The position numbers and the translations under genes were made by a program. A stretch of 60,205 nucleotides of DNA, counting the filler. It is 4 parts of 4 records of this genome, joined end to end, with 100 filler letters (N's around TTAATTAATTAA, not from the genome) between each part and the next. Parts side by side here need not be neighbours in the genome. Positions count along the whole stretch, not along the records: positions 49,168 to 60,205 come from SRR20825006_404; 3 more parts are not named here. One strand, written 5' to 3'. Positions 50,372 through 59,648 of this stretch are shown piece by piece; positions within the stretch are counted from its first letter, which is position 1, and every line of letters begins with the position of its first letter. Under the pieces are notes generated by a model. It was not told the DNA's origin. It saw nothing but the letters and a program-made list of their open reading frames with translations, and searched no databases.

Positions 50372-50375
50372 CGAC

Positions 50376-51707
50376 CTACGGCACGGCAAATGTTCTGTTC
50401 GCCAACCCCGGAAGCATATAGCGGAAGGCGACAGAACGGACGCCCTGAAATACGAGCATGGCAACCCAGAGACCATGATTGCCGAAGAGCGGCTGCAGCA
50501 CCGCCAGTGCCACAAGATAGGTCGCCAGTGACAAAAGCATGAGATTGCGCATCTCCCGTGACCACGTGGCCCCGATAAAGATACCATCCATCTGAAAGGC
50601 GATAACACCGGCAAGCGGCATTGCTGCGGCATAGGGCAGATACTCAATGGCAAGCGCCAGTGTGCTGTCATTCGGCGCCATCATGCCTGCAACCCAGGAC
50701 CCGGTGGCCATGAAGAGGGCAGCCATCGTGAGAGCAAAGGCAACGCCCCAAAGCGTTGTCAGCCGCACCACACGATCAAATGCAGGCCGGTAGAGCGCGC
50801 CGATCGAACGTCCTGCAAGTTGCTCAGCTGCCGTTGCAAACCCGTCCAGAAAGGCGACGCCCAGAAAATAGTAACGCAGCAATATCGTATTGGCCGCCAG
50901 AATTTCCACGCCCAGCGTTCCGCTTTGCCGGGTAAACAGCGAAATCCCGATCAAAAGCGCGAATGAGCGGATCATCATATCGCGGTTGACCGAAAACATT
51001 CGCTTGATCGCAACCAGATCCGGCCAGGTCCATAATGCGCGATCGGTGCGTTTCAGTATCAACCCGATGCCGATCAGTGCGGTTACCGCTTCTGCCACCA
51101 GACTGGCTGCCCCGGCCCCGGCCAGCCCAAAGCCCATCCAGAGCACCCACAAAAAGCTCAAAGCTATATTGAGACCATTCAAAATGAGTTGCAGGACCAG
51201 CGCACTGACTGCCTCGCCACGCCCGATCACCCAACCGAAAACCACGAAATTGAACAACGCAAACGGAGCCGACCAGACCCGCCAGCTGTAATAAACCCAG
51301 CCTGCGTCACGCACCTCGCCTTCGGCTCCCAGCAGATAAAGTCCCAGACGGCCAATCGGCACATGTAACAAAACGATCAACAGGCCGGAGCAAAGCGCAA
51401 TCAGAATACCGCCAAGCAGCATACGCTGTTCACCTGCCTTATCATGAGCGCCCAGGGCCTGGGCGGTGAAGCCGGTTGTCGCGCCACGCAGAAAGTTGAA
51501 CGTCGTGAACAGCACATCGAAAATTACCGCAGAAAGCGCCACGCCACCAATCAGCACGTCGTTCTTCAACTGGCCTATCACGCCGGTTGCAACCAGGCCG
51601 ACAAGTGGTGTGGAAAGGTGGGCGATCATCATCGGCAGCGCAATAATGAGCACAAGGCGATGCGTAACCGCAAAGGCACGGGGATTTTCAGGGGCCCTTG
51701 TGGACAT
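50376..51707 (-). CDS. MATE efflux transporter (DinF-like)
   Basis: IALPMMIAHLSTPLVGLV, FNFLR, DMMIRS, LDGFA, DGIFIGAT, GNHGLW. Confidence 0.9.
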   Translation of the reverse strand: MSTRAPENPRAFAVTHRLVLIIALPMMIAHLSTPLVGLVATGVIGQLKNDVLIGGVALSAVIFDVLFTTFNFLRGATTGFTAQALGAHDKAGEQRMLLGGILIALCSGLLIVLLHVPIGRLGLYLLGAEGEVRDAGWVYYSWRVWSAPFALFNFVVFGWVIGRGEAVSALVLQLILNGLNIALSFLWVLWMGFGLAGAGAASLVAEAVTALIGIGLILKRTDRALWTWPDLVAIKRMFSVNRDMMIRSFALLIGISLFTRQSGTLGVEILAANTILLRYYFLGVAFLDGFATAAEQLAGRSIGALYRPAFDRVVRLTTLWGVAFALTMAALFMATGSWVAGMMAPNDSTLALAIEYLPYAAAMPLAGVIAFQMDGIFIGATWSREMRNLMLLSLATYLVALAVLQPLFGNHGLWVAMLVFQGVRSVAFRYMLPGLANRTFAVP

Positions 51708-51819
51708 TGCACTGCTTTTTCATTTTGGTGAGACGTATAAAGAAGTTTCAATATGCAAAGCCCGGCGCCAGCGTCAAGTCAGCGCACCGCAAGCAAGGCC
51801 GGATATTTCAGGAGAAACC

Positions 51820-52242
51820 ATGCCGCAAAAACACCTGACAGTTCAGACCCACGGACAGGGCCTTTATGAATTCACGCGCGAAGCGGCAGGCTTTGTTTCA
51901 GATCATGCGCACGAAGAAGGATTGCTGACGCTGTTTGTGCGGCACACATCCTGTTCGCTTCTGATACAGGAAAATGCCGACCCGGATGTCAAACGCGATC
52001 TTTCGGCCTATTTTGCGCGACTCGCGCCATCTGCCGATGATCCTTCGATGTCCTACCTGGTACACCGGCTGGAAGGGCCGGACGATATGCCCGCTCATAT
52101 CAAATCAGCGCTGACACAGGTGTCTTTGTCCGTGCCGGTTTCGGCCGGCCGGCTGATGCTTGGCACCTGGCAGGGGCTTTATCTGTTCGAACATCGCGAC
52201 CACCCGCATCGCCGCGAGATCGTGCTGCATCTTTCGGCATAA
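51820..52242 (+). CDS. yjbQ: YjbQ family (UPF0047) protein
   Basis: HTSCSLLIQENADPDV, EGPDDMPAHIKS, LGTWQGLYLFEHR; AGGAG RBS. Confidence 0.9.
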   Translation: MPQKHLTVQTHGQGLYEFTREAAGFVSDHAHEEGLLTLFVRHTSCSLLIQENADPDVKRDLSAYFARLAPSADDPSMSYLVHRLEGPDDMPAHIKSALTQVSLSVPVSAGRLMLGTWQGLYLFEHRDHPHRREIVLHLSA

Positions 52243-52245
52243 GAA

Positions 52246-52269
52246 AGGACCGGTCGCAGGACCGGTCCT
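52246..52269. terminator. Hairpin between convergent genes
   Basis: AGGACCGGTC-gcag-GACCGGTCCT. Confidence 0.6.
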
Positions 52270-52290
52270 CACGCATGCGGTGTTTCTTTT

Positions 52291-53028
52291 TTACTGCTCG
52301 ATGGCAAACGTCATATTGACCGTGACGTTATAGGTGTTTTCGCCCGCCGCAACCGGCGCACCGCCATCACTTTTGACCATCATCGCTTCGGCACGGAACA
52401 TGACCGGCTGCGGCATGGAGCTGTTTTCGGTGATTGAGAGCACATCTCCCAGAGTAACGCCTGCGGCCTCCGCCAGCGTTTCTGCCTTGGCAATGGCGTT
52501 GGAGACCGCTTCCTTGCGTGCCGCATTTTCAGCTTCGGAAGGATCGCTATTGGAAAAGCTGATGCCACCGCCGGAATTCACCCCGAGCTTGATGGACTGA
52601 TCCAGAACCGCGCCGAGATTGGCGAGGTCACGGATTTTAACGCTCAGACTGTTGCGCACCTGATAACCGTTTATTTCGCTTGTCATGCCATCATCGGTCT
52701 TGACCTGCTTATAGCGCGGGTTGATCGAGAAATTGTCCGTCTGCATGTCCTTGTCAGCGACACCGGCGCCTTTCAGTGCAGCCATCACCTTCTGCATGGA
52801 AGCAGAGTTTTCCGACAGCGCCTTGTCCGCCGCATCGGCCTCGGAAACGACGGCCAGAGAAACCGTTGCCATATCCGGCACCAGCGTTGCCTCGCCGTCA
52901 GCTGAGATTGAAATCGTCGCCTGCGGAGCGGAGGTTTCCATGGCCTGCTGGGCAAAAGCGCCAGAGGTATAAAGCGGAGCTGCCAAAATAAGGCCCGCCG
53001 CCGCCATTTTCGCCGGAAAGTTCGTCAT
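52291..53028 (-). CDS. SIMPL domain periplasmic protein (BP26/YggE-like)
   Basis: Signal peptide, PDMA, IN(G)YQVRN, AIAKAETLAEAAGVTLG, V.MTFAI. Confidence 0.9.
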   Translation of the reverse strand: MTNFPAKMAAAGLILAAPLYTSGAFAQQAMETSAPQATISISADGEATLVPDMATVSLAVVSEADAADKALSENSASMQKVMAALKGAGVADKDMQTDNFSINPRYKQVKTDDGMTSEINGYQVRNSLSVKIRDLANLGAVLDQSIKLGVNSGGGISFSNSDPSEAENAARKEAVSNAIAKAETLAEAAGVTLGDVLSITENSSMPQPVMFRAEAMMVKSDGGAPVAAGENTYNVTVNMTFAIEQ

Positions 53029-53196
53029 ATTATCTCCTCGTAAGCTTGAACCTGAAATTGTTTTGCCGCTTAATTATGAAGCGAATACGGCAACTCTTGC
53101 CGGAACCTCCAAATTGGGGTAGTTCGATGCTCCGCACAAGTTGCCATTGGCTTGTGCGAATCCGGTTTTGCATGAAACATTGCACAAAACCGGCGC

Positions 53197-53272
53197 GGGC
53201 CTGTAGCTCAATGGTTAGAGCCGGCGGCTCATAACCGCTTGGTTGGGGGTTCGAGTCCCTCCAGGCCCACCA
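53197..53272 (+). tRNA. tRNA with CAT anticodon, most likely tRNA-Ile2 (lysidine)
   Basis: 76-nt cloverleaf GGGCCTG..CAGGCCC-ACCA, anticodon loop CTCATAA, GGTTCGAGTCC T-arm. Confidence 0.93.
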
Positions 53273-53291
53273 AAATTTCCAATTTTTCTTT

Positions 53292-54404
53292 TCATTTCAA
53301 CACCTTACTTTTATTTTTGACGAACCTTGACTGAAGGTTCACCACAGTTTGTTCTCGGTTCGGTCGAGAAATAAGCTTCGCAAAAGCCGAATCAGCCAAA
53401 CCTTCGCGCATAGCTGCTTCGGTGTACCGCTGGACTTCGGACAGTGTCTTGTGTCCGGTTACGGACATGATTTCATGAGCGCTTGCCCCGGCTTCAGCCA
53501 ACCGCCGTGCACAAGCCTTGCGCAACCCATGCGCCGAACAGGCATCAAGTCCGGCCTTATCGCACCACTGGCGCATTTTGTTGCCCAACCCCTCAGCCGA
53601 CCTTGGCCTTCCATATGCCGTGGCAAGGAATGGCCTGTCATCAGCGCTTGCGGAAAGCACCTCTGCCAAGTCCGGATGGAGCGGAATGGAGATCAGAACA
53701 CCATTGCTCTTGAGGGTCTTCTGGCGGCGATACTCGAAACGCGGGCCATCAGCGGATTGTTTGAGGTTCCATGGGCCAAGCTTCACCGCATCCACGCGGG
53801 CGGCTCCCGTGTAAAGCATCAGCGTCACCGCCGTATGCGCCATGGTTCCCGTCTCATGCACTTGGAAGAACCGGGCTATCTCGCCCTCATCCCATGTATG
53901 GAAGCCCGAACCATCCAGCTTGTAGGGTTTGACCAGACGCGCGGGATTGGTTGAAATCCAGTCAAGGGCAATCGCGTGGTCCAGAAGCTGCATAAGCCGC
54001 TTCCGCAAGTTATTTGCAGCCGCCGGAGTATCTGCCTTCTCTGCCAGTATTTTCATGACATGGCGCCGCTCAAGTTGATTAACAGGCTTGTTGCCATGCT
54101 TCACGCGGAAAGGCTCTATATGTCCGCGATAGGTGCGCTTGGTGCTATCGGAGAGCGCTTTCCATACCGGGGACTTATAGAACGAAACAACAAGGTCATT
54201 CACGCTGCCGGGAATAGTGCGGTCGATGCCGATGGGGCGACGGATTGACTTTACCGCCGCCTCATATCTCGCCACGAAGTCGTCAGACCCATATTCAGTA
54301 CCGAGTTCAACCGAGCGGCCAGCCTTCCGATACCTCCACCGCCTTTTCCCGTGACGGTCAAAGTAAGGTGTTGCGCCGGGAAATTTCTTTCGCAGGGGCT
54401 TCAT
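53292..54404 (-). CDS. Tyrosine recombinase / phage integrase
   Basis: YTGAARVD, HGLRK, VTGH, QRYT catalytic set; DRHGKRRWRYR arm-binding N-terminus; start at 54404 (ATGA overlap) or 54416. Confidence 0.95.
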   Translation of the reverse strand: MKPLRKKFPGATPYFDRHGKRRWRYRKAGRSVELGTEYGSDDFVARYEAAVKSIRRPIGIDRTIPGSVNDLVVSFYKSPVWKALSDSTKRTYRGHIEPFRVKHGNKPVNQLERRHVMKILAEKADTPAAANNLRKRLMQLLDHAIALDWISTNPARLVKPYKLDGSGFHTWDEGEIARFFQVHETGTMAHTAVTLMLYTGAARVDAVKLGPWNLKQSADGPRFEYRRQKTLKSNGVLISIPLHPDLAEVLSASADDRPFLATAYGRPRSAEGLGNKMRQWCDKAGLDACSAHGLRKACARRLAEAGASAHEIMSVTGHKTLSEVQRYTEAAMREGLADSAFAKLISRPNREQTVVNLQSRFVKNKSKVLK

Positions 54405-54574
54405 TCTTTGTCCCATGGGTTCGTTGCTTTCTCGGTCGCCTTGTCAGGAATGATGACAACATGCCCTGTCCGTGGATCAACCTCAATCCGGCCAATCTCC
54501 ACACCAGCGCCGACAACGCCTTTCAACAGGCGCGTCAGTTCTGCTTGCTTGATTGGTAAAGCCCGGTTTGCCAT
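54401..54574 (-). CDS. 57-aa protein upstream of the integrase, putative excisionase/RDF (not in the ORF track)
   Basis: MANRALPIKQAELTRLLKGVVGAGVEIGRIEVDPRTGHVVIIPDKATEKATNPWDKE*; TAATG overlap with portal, ATGA overlap with integrase. Confidence 0.7.
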   Translation of the reverse strand: MANRALPIKQAELTRLLKGVVGAGVEIGRIEVDPRTGHVVIIPDKATEKATNPWDKE

Positions 54575-55788
54575 TAGCCTTCTCCACCTTCCCCACGGTT
54601 GCCGAGCGTGGTCATGTTGAGCGGCGAGAGGTATTCGCTGCCGCCTTCGATTTCGGACATGTTTTCAAGCCCGCGAATTTCGTTCGGGGAAAGCCAGCCC
54701 CATTCCCGGCCCACGCGGTAAGCCTCGTAACGGGCTTTCATGTCGCCGCGCAGCAATCCGGCAAGGTCATGCTCCATAAACAGCATCTTGCGGCTTGTCG
54801 CCGTCAGAAAGGCCGCATTCATCGCCTGTTCCAGCCTGCGCGCCAGCGGCGAGAGGCAGCGCACGACAAAGGCCCGGCTTTCCTGATCGATATTAGAATA
54901 GGTCGCGTTATCGGTGATGCCGGCAACTGACGGCGGGACGTTGTAAACCCGGCAGATATCGAGGTTCGAAAGCTTCATGCGTTCGATGAATTCGGCATCC
55001 TTTGCCGACATGGACACCGCCTTGAAGTCCGCGCCGCCGTCGAGAACATGCACCCCGGACGTGCTGTTATTCGCCTCAAGCTTCTGGCGCAGCTTGTCGA
55101 GAACATCGACTTTCTTGTCCACCGGAAGCGGGTTCGGGAAGGTAAACAGCCCTTCCATGCGAAAGCTCTTTGCCGCCTGCTTGGCAGCGGCGTCCTGTTG
55201 CGACAGGGAGAGGTTGAAGGCTTCGCGGGTAATCTGGACCGGGGAAAGCCCCATAACGCCATCACGGCCAAGCCTGTAGCGCACATGCAGCATTTCTTCC
55301 TGAAGGTAGACCCGAACGCCCCGGCGTTCCGTAACCCGGTAGCGCAGGCGTCCGCTTTCAAGCTGTTCAACGGCAACCGCGCCGGGATCAAGCGGGTAAA
55401 GCGCTGTCACCTGTCCGCGATTGTTGCGGGCAATCCGGGCAAAGGCGTTGCCGTGGATCAGAAGCGCGGCAATCATGTATTCCCGTGCTTCGAAGGCCGT
55501 CTGGGTTTCATTGGCCTGATCATGCAGAACGCCGTAAAGCGGGTGTTCGCTGGCGCGTTCACGCCCGCCATTGTCCGCGCGCCGGTAAAGGTTCAGCGGC
55601 ATCGCTGCCAGCGTCTGGGTGATCACGGCAATGCAGGCATGGGCGACAGCCTGCCCGGAAGCGCGTTCGGGATCGACATAACCGCCGATGCCGCCACGCA
55701 GGCCAAAGAATTCGCCAAGGTAAGGATCATCGCTCTTGATCGTGGCAGCGCGGGTTTCGCGCTTGAAGATGTTGGGAATCAGTTTCAT
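54574..55788 (-). CDS. HK97-family phage portal protein
   Basis: EHPLY.VLHDQAN, LLIHGNAFA, GLSP, ATYSNIDQ, LLRGD..R, SPNEIR..EN. Confidence 0.95.
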   Translation of the reverse strand: MKLIPNIFKRETRAATIKSDDPYLGEFFGLRGGIGGYVDPERASGQAVAHACIAVITQTLAAMPLNLYRRADNGGRERASEHPLYGVLHDQANETQTAFEAREYMIAALLIHGNAFARIARNNRGQVTALYPLDPGAVAVEQLESGRLRYRVTERRGVRVYLQEEMLHVRYRLGRDGVMGLSPVQITREAFNLSLSQQDAAAKQAAKSFRMEGLFTFPNPLPVDKKVDVLDKLRQKLEANNSTSGVHVLDGGADFKAVSMSAKDAEFIERMKLSNLDICRVYNVPPSVAGITDNATYSNIDQESRAFVVRCLSPLARRLEQAMNAAFLTATSRKMLFMEHDLAGLLRGDMKARYEAYRVGREWGWLSPNEIRGLENMSEIEGGSEYLSPLNMTTLGNRGEGGEG

Positions 55789-56321
55789 CGGCCAAGCTCC
55801 AGAAGGCGAAGCGATCGCGCAGCATAGGCTTTGAAGCCGTTGCCGGACTGGCGCGCGCGGGCATTGATTACCGTGCCGTCATAGGCGGGCCACGCCAGCA
55901 CAACGGAGATTTCGAACAGATCCACGGCGCGCAGTTCCCGGCGGTTGCCGTCGCGGCCTTCATCCAGTGCGGCAAAGCCGAATGACATGCCGCCAAGGTC
56001 ACCACGTTCGGCCAGTGCCAGCACATCGCGGCCCGCCTGCGTGTCGGGAATGTCGAGGTCGAAGGCAAGGCCGTGCGTGTCTTCTGACAGGCGCAGGGAA
56101 CCGGAACGGGTGCGTGCCAGAACGCGGCCAGGATCGTGATCGACAAGCGCAAGAATATCCCCCGCCGAACGGATCGAGCCGGAGAAAGCTCCCGGCGCAA
56201 TGGTCTCGCTGAATGCGCCGCCGATCATGGCGGGGTTATTGAAGGTCGCGGCATAGCCTTCCAGCCTGCGCCCCTTGGCGCGGATTTCAGCGGCAAGGCC
56301 TCGCTTTTCGAAAGTGGTCAT
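55785..56321 (-). CDS. HK97-family prohead protease
   Basis: EGYAATFN, ETIAPGAF, DHD..VLART, GMSFGF, LFEISVV..PAY. Confidence 0.95.
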   Translation of the reverse strand: MTTFEKRGLAAEIRAKGRRLEGYAATFNNPAMIGGAFSETIAPGAFSGSIRSAGDILALVDHDPGRVLARTRSGSLRLSEDTHGLAFDLDIPDTQAGRDVLALAERGDLGGMSFGFAALDEGRDGNRRELRAVDLFEISVVLAWPAYDGTVINARARQSGNGFKAYAARSLRLLELGR

Positions 56322-56599
56322 GCAAAACTCTCCCGATAAGGAGCAATCAGGCGGTCAACGGCCAGCGGTGTTTCGATCAGGGGCGCTTCGGCGGTTGCTT
56401 CGCGGTTTAGGTAGAAATGGCCGACAAGCATCAGCACGGCCATTGAAAGCGGTTCGGGCAGAGGATCGGCGCTCATATCAACGCCGATGGAAGCCAGATG
56501 CGCACTTGCCGCCGCGATGAAACGTTCAATCGCGGCGTCATCATCATCAAAATCAACGCGCAAATGCGCTTTCGCGGCGGCAAGCGTCACCATGATCAA
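56318..56599 (-). CDS. Head-tail connector (HK97 gp6-like)
   Basis: TLAAAKAHLRVD..DD, AVLMLVGHFYLNRE, LIAPYR. Confidence 0.92.
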   Translation of the reverse strand: MIMVTLAAAKAHLRVDFDDDDAAIERFIAAASAHLASIGVDMSADPLPEPLSMAVLMLVGHFYLNREATAEAPLIETPLAVDRLIAPYRESFA

Positions 56600-57837
56600 A
56601 CCTCTGCGAAAGCGAAGGCTTCGCCGTGACGAACGGTTACGTCCGCGTCGAGGAAGGCATGCAGAAGCGCACCGCCATTGCTGGCAACGTCCGGGTGATA
56701 AGGATTGATCAGGATATCAACCGCCGACCAGTAGCCCATATAGAGTTCACCCCACTGGCCGTAGATCAGTGCCGATTTGTCTTCTTCTGCCCCCAGATCG
56801 GCGGGAACCTGTGTCGAGGCTTCAACCGGCTTGCCGTGGAACAGTTCGGCCATGGTGAAGCTGTGGCCGTCTCCATCCTTGAGCTTGCGGCAGGAGTTCA
56901 TGACGCCAGGATTTGTCAGAAACGCCGTGGTGCCGGTCACATCGTCCATTTCAAGCGATGCAATCAAGTCCGCCGTTAAATCCGAAAAGTCAGGAAAACC
57001 ACCTTCAAGTTTGCCGATACCGGGATTGTCCAGCAGGCCCAGCGGTTCGCTTTCAGCACCGCTTCCGGCAATTGCGGCCCGGTCCAGCCCCTGCGCCAGC
57101 ATCAGACCAAGATCACGGCGCAGAATGGTTTCCATGGCTTCATTGCTTTGAAGCATCAGGCGGCGCGTCAGGCCATATTCACCGGTGATTGTCTTCGGAG
57201 CCATCGACACCTTGCCAAAGGAAACAGACGAGCGGTTGGCGTTGCCGCCTTCGGCAACCCATGCGGTCGAACCGGAACCCACCATGTTCGGCAGGTCCAG
57301 AAAGCCAGTCAGGCCACGCAACACGGTTGCACCCATGCTTTCAACTTTCAGGGACGGGCGGAAACGATCAGCCATCCCGGCAAGCTGCGTTGCCACGGTA
57401 TAGCCGCCAGCCGCTGCCGCGCCGACGCTCTGTTCGCGGGTTTCAACCCGGCCCAGCAGCACTTCGGACGGCACGGCAAGATGAATGCCATTGGCACCGG
57501 AGCGGCTTTCACGGCCCCGGCTCAATTCCTGATGCACTTCGGCTTCGCGGCCAGCCAGACGGCCCGAAAGCGCGCCGGAGACGGCAGCCGAAAGCGAGTA
57601 GCTGCGCAGTTCGCGGGAATATTCGCCATTATCATTGACCGGCTCTGCCGTGGTTTCACGCTCGTAAGCGGCCATACGTTCTTCGCGGCCAATCTGGCGA
57701 TCAATGGTTTCAACTTCGGTTTCCAGCGCCTTGAAGCGCTGTTCTTCGTTGTCTGACAGGGTTTCCTTTTCGTGCAGGCCGCGCATTTCGGCAATTTTCG
57801 AGGCGCGGGTTTCGCGCAGTTCAATCAGTTTTTTCAT
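56596..57837 (-). CDS. HK97-fold major capsid protein with N-terminal delta/scaffold coiled coil
   Basis: Coiled-coil N-terminus, GGYTV, WVAEG, TRRLMLQS, GSG..EPLGLL, RH..AF; start moved to ATG 57837. Confidence 0.93.
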   Translation of the reverse strand: MKKLIELRETRASKIAEMRGLHEKETLSDNEEQRFKALETEVETIDRQIGREERMAAYERETTAEPVNDNGEYSRELRSYSLSAAVSGALSGRLAGREAEVHQELSRGRESRSGANGIHLAVPSEVLLGRVETREQSVGAAAAGGYTVATQLAGMADRFRPSLKVESMGATVLRGLTGFLDLPNMVGSGSTAWVAEGGNANRSSVSFGKVSMAPKTITGEYGLTRRLMLQSNEAMETILRRDLGLMLAQGLDRAAIAGSGAESEPLGLLDNPGIGKLEGGFPDFSDLTADLIASLEMDDVTGTTAFLTNPGVMNSCRKLKDGDGHSFTMAELFHGKPVEASTQVPADLGAEEDKSALIYGQWGELYMGYWSAVDILINPYHPDVASNGGALLHAFLDADVTVRHGEAFAFAEV

Positions 57838-57940
57838 TCTCGATCTTTCCAATAGGATGTTTTGGGGGGCGGTCGAGATCAGTTCTTTAAGAAAGTTTGG
57901 TTAGTGGTAGTGAGAAGTTCGGACGCAAGGGGGAAGTGGC

Positions 57941-58144
57941 TTAGTTGAAGTAACCCTCAGCCTGAAGGTGCAACCTGATTTTGCTTTTCAGGTCTTCCAC
58001 AACGAATTCAAGAAGTTCGATTTCCTTTTTGTAATCAAAGACCGCTGGCTCATCATCCAAAGTGCTTTCACCCAACGCCTGAACGAATCCCAAATGACCT
58101 TCTGCGGTTTCGTAAAGGTCCCAAAGCTTGGCGATCTCCTGCAT
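57941..58144 (-). CDS. Hypothetical protein (67 aa)
   Basis: GAAAGGA RBS then MQEIAKLWDLYE..; helical and acidic. Confidence 0.55.
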   Translation of the reverse strand: MQEIAKLWDLYETAEGHLGFVQALGESTLDDEPAVFDYKKEIELLEFVVEDLKSKIRLHLQAEGYFN

Positions 58145-58290
58145 TTCGAAGTTCCTTTCTAAATTGAATAGTCGCCAGCGCGCCGCCCTTGTCCGGTGAT
58201 CGTCTCGACACCCCACGCCGCCGGAGGGCGGCTTTCGCTATCGGCTGGCTGGCGCAGCCTCAAAGAACCGGCGTGGGGAATAGCTAAAAA

Positions 58291-58911
58291 CTAGTCGTCA
58301 AACATCGCGGCAATCTCCTCGATTTCCTCGACGTCGACCCGGCGCGTCTGCTTGATGCGACGTTGATATTCGCGCCTCTTGTCGAAGAAACCGCTGCTGG
58401 CGGTGCGCAGATCGGCGGAAAGATCGCCCTGCGGCGCGTGATCAAAGTTCAAGGCATAGGCAAAGGCGACGTTGTTGATTTCGATGATCCCGATCAGTTC
58501 GGAAGACCGGATTTCGACTGCGCAATCTTCAATGGCCTGATCGGCTTCACCCTCTGCACTCAAAAGGTCCAAAAGCATTTCAATGCCAGTCTCGAAGGTA
58601 TGCGGTTCGAAGAAGCCGGGGAAATCGACTCGGAAATTATCGAAATGCGAACCTTCAAGCTGCTCGGCCTGAAGCGCCAGACCGGCGAAATCGCCCACAA
58701 TCTGCGGAGCATCTGCCGGACGGTCGCTGACAAGCGCCCAGATCAGCAGACGGGCAGCATCCATCGAAACCATGTCTGGGGCATTGACGCCACGGGCACC
58801 TGTGGTCATCAGGCCCGCCTCGCGCAGAGACCGGAATGCAACGCGGATAGTTTTGCTCGAAAACCCCGTCGAATTTGCCATTCCGTCTATAAATCCAGTG
58901 GTTTTGACCAT
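58291..58911 (-). CDS. Hypothetical protein with N-terminal wHTH-like region
   Basis: MANSTGFSSKTIRVAFRSLREAGLMTTGARG..DAARLLI; AGGA RBS and an upstream promoter. Confidence 0.65.
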   Translation of the reverse strand: MVKTTGFIDGMANSTGFSSKTIRVAFRSLREAGLMTTGARGVNAPDMVSMDAARLLIWALVSDRPADAPQIVGDFAGLALQAEQLEGSHFDNFRVDFPGFFEPHTFETGIEMLLDLLSAEGEADQAIEDCAVEIRSSELIGIIEINNVAFAYALNFDHAPQGDLSADLRTASSGFFDKRREYQRRIKQTRRVDVEEIEEIAAMFDD

Positions 58912-58940
58912 GTTGAAATCCTAAATGCGTACAACACTCT

Positions 58941-58975
58941 TTGCGCAAAATGCCCTGTCACAACGAAAAAGTCAA
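58941..58975 (-). promoter_or_regulatory. Putative sigma70 promoter, copy 1
   Basis: TTGACT-N17-CATTTT within TTGACTTTTT-N10-GGGCAT-N2-TGCGCAA. Confidence 0.6.
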
Positions 58976-58997
58976 GCACAAAGTGTGTTTTTGGCAT

Positions 58998-59555
58998 TTA
59001 GAGGTTAGCCCCAGACCAGCTTCGCCATGCCCGAACACTCGACTGGGCTACCTTCCGGGTGGCGCGCTTGCCGACTTTCTCCCGAAGAAGGCCGCACCCG
59101 ATGCGTTCGCCGCTGCCGTCAAATCCGGAATGAAAGCTCCATTCCTGCGGTCGGGTTGTGTCTCTGCTATTGGGGTTTGTCTGGTCTATGCCTTCTGTCC
59201 AGCCGCAAAACGGCTCTTGCTCATCGCCGTTGATTTCAACGTCCGCGTCATAAGGTGCGCCGTGAGCGCCGGAGGTGGTCAAGCCAAGCCATGGCTCGTA
59301 GTCGGCATTATCGACTTCACGGTCATCATCACACGACATATCGTTGGTTGTGCGTCGATCTCCACAGCGCTCATGCTGGTTCGGCCAACCATTCACCGGC
59401 TCGGCGGTACCGTCATCTTCGGCGCTGTCGTCGCCGTCATAATCATCGAGTAGTGAAATCAGGTGCTCAATCGTCTGCTCTATCCGCTCCCGCAATTCCG
59501 GCGTCAACTCCACAATGCGGACATAGCTTTCCCGTTCGCGAAAATGAGTGTTCAT
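58998..59555 (-). CDS. Hypothetical acidic protein
   Basis: AGGAG RBS; LRERIEQTIEHLISLLD followed by Asp-rich EP..GW pseudo-repeats. Confidence 0.6.
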   Translation of the reverse strand: MNTHFRERESYVRIVELTPELRERIEQTIEHLISLLDDYDGDDSAEDDGTAEPVNGWPNQHERCGDRRTTNDMSCDDDREVDNADYEPWLGLTTSGAHGAPYDADVEINGDEQEPFCGWTEGIDQTNPNSRDTTRPQEWSFHSGFDGSGERIGCGLLREKVGKRATRKVAQSSVRAWRSWSGANL

Positions 59556-59590
59556 TCGCGTTGCTCCTAAAACGTGCTTCGTGCTATCTA

Positions 59591-59646
59591 TTGCGCACCA
59601 TGCCCAATACCGGGCAAAAAGTCAACTCCATGCGCAAAGTTGGGCA
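59591..59646. promoter_or_regulatory. Divergent promoter/operator region
   Basis: Minus strand TTGACT-N17-CATGGT (copy 2); two TGCCCA-N4-TGGGCA-like palindromes at 59601-59616 and 59631-59646. Confidence 0.6.
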
Positions 59647-59648
59647 TA

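Noticed and set aside
53197-53272. Initiator tRNA-fMet, or partner of the 33316 att fragment
   Set aside because: It has a paired 1-72 position and lacks the GGG/CCC anticodon stem; its 3' end (CAGGCCCACCA) differs from CCCCGCAACCA and it is on another contig.
54574-57837. Gene transfer agent (RcGTA-like) cluster
   Set aside because: GTAs keep terminase-portal-protease-capsid-tail order and lack an integrase at a tRNA.
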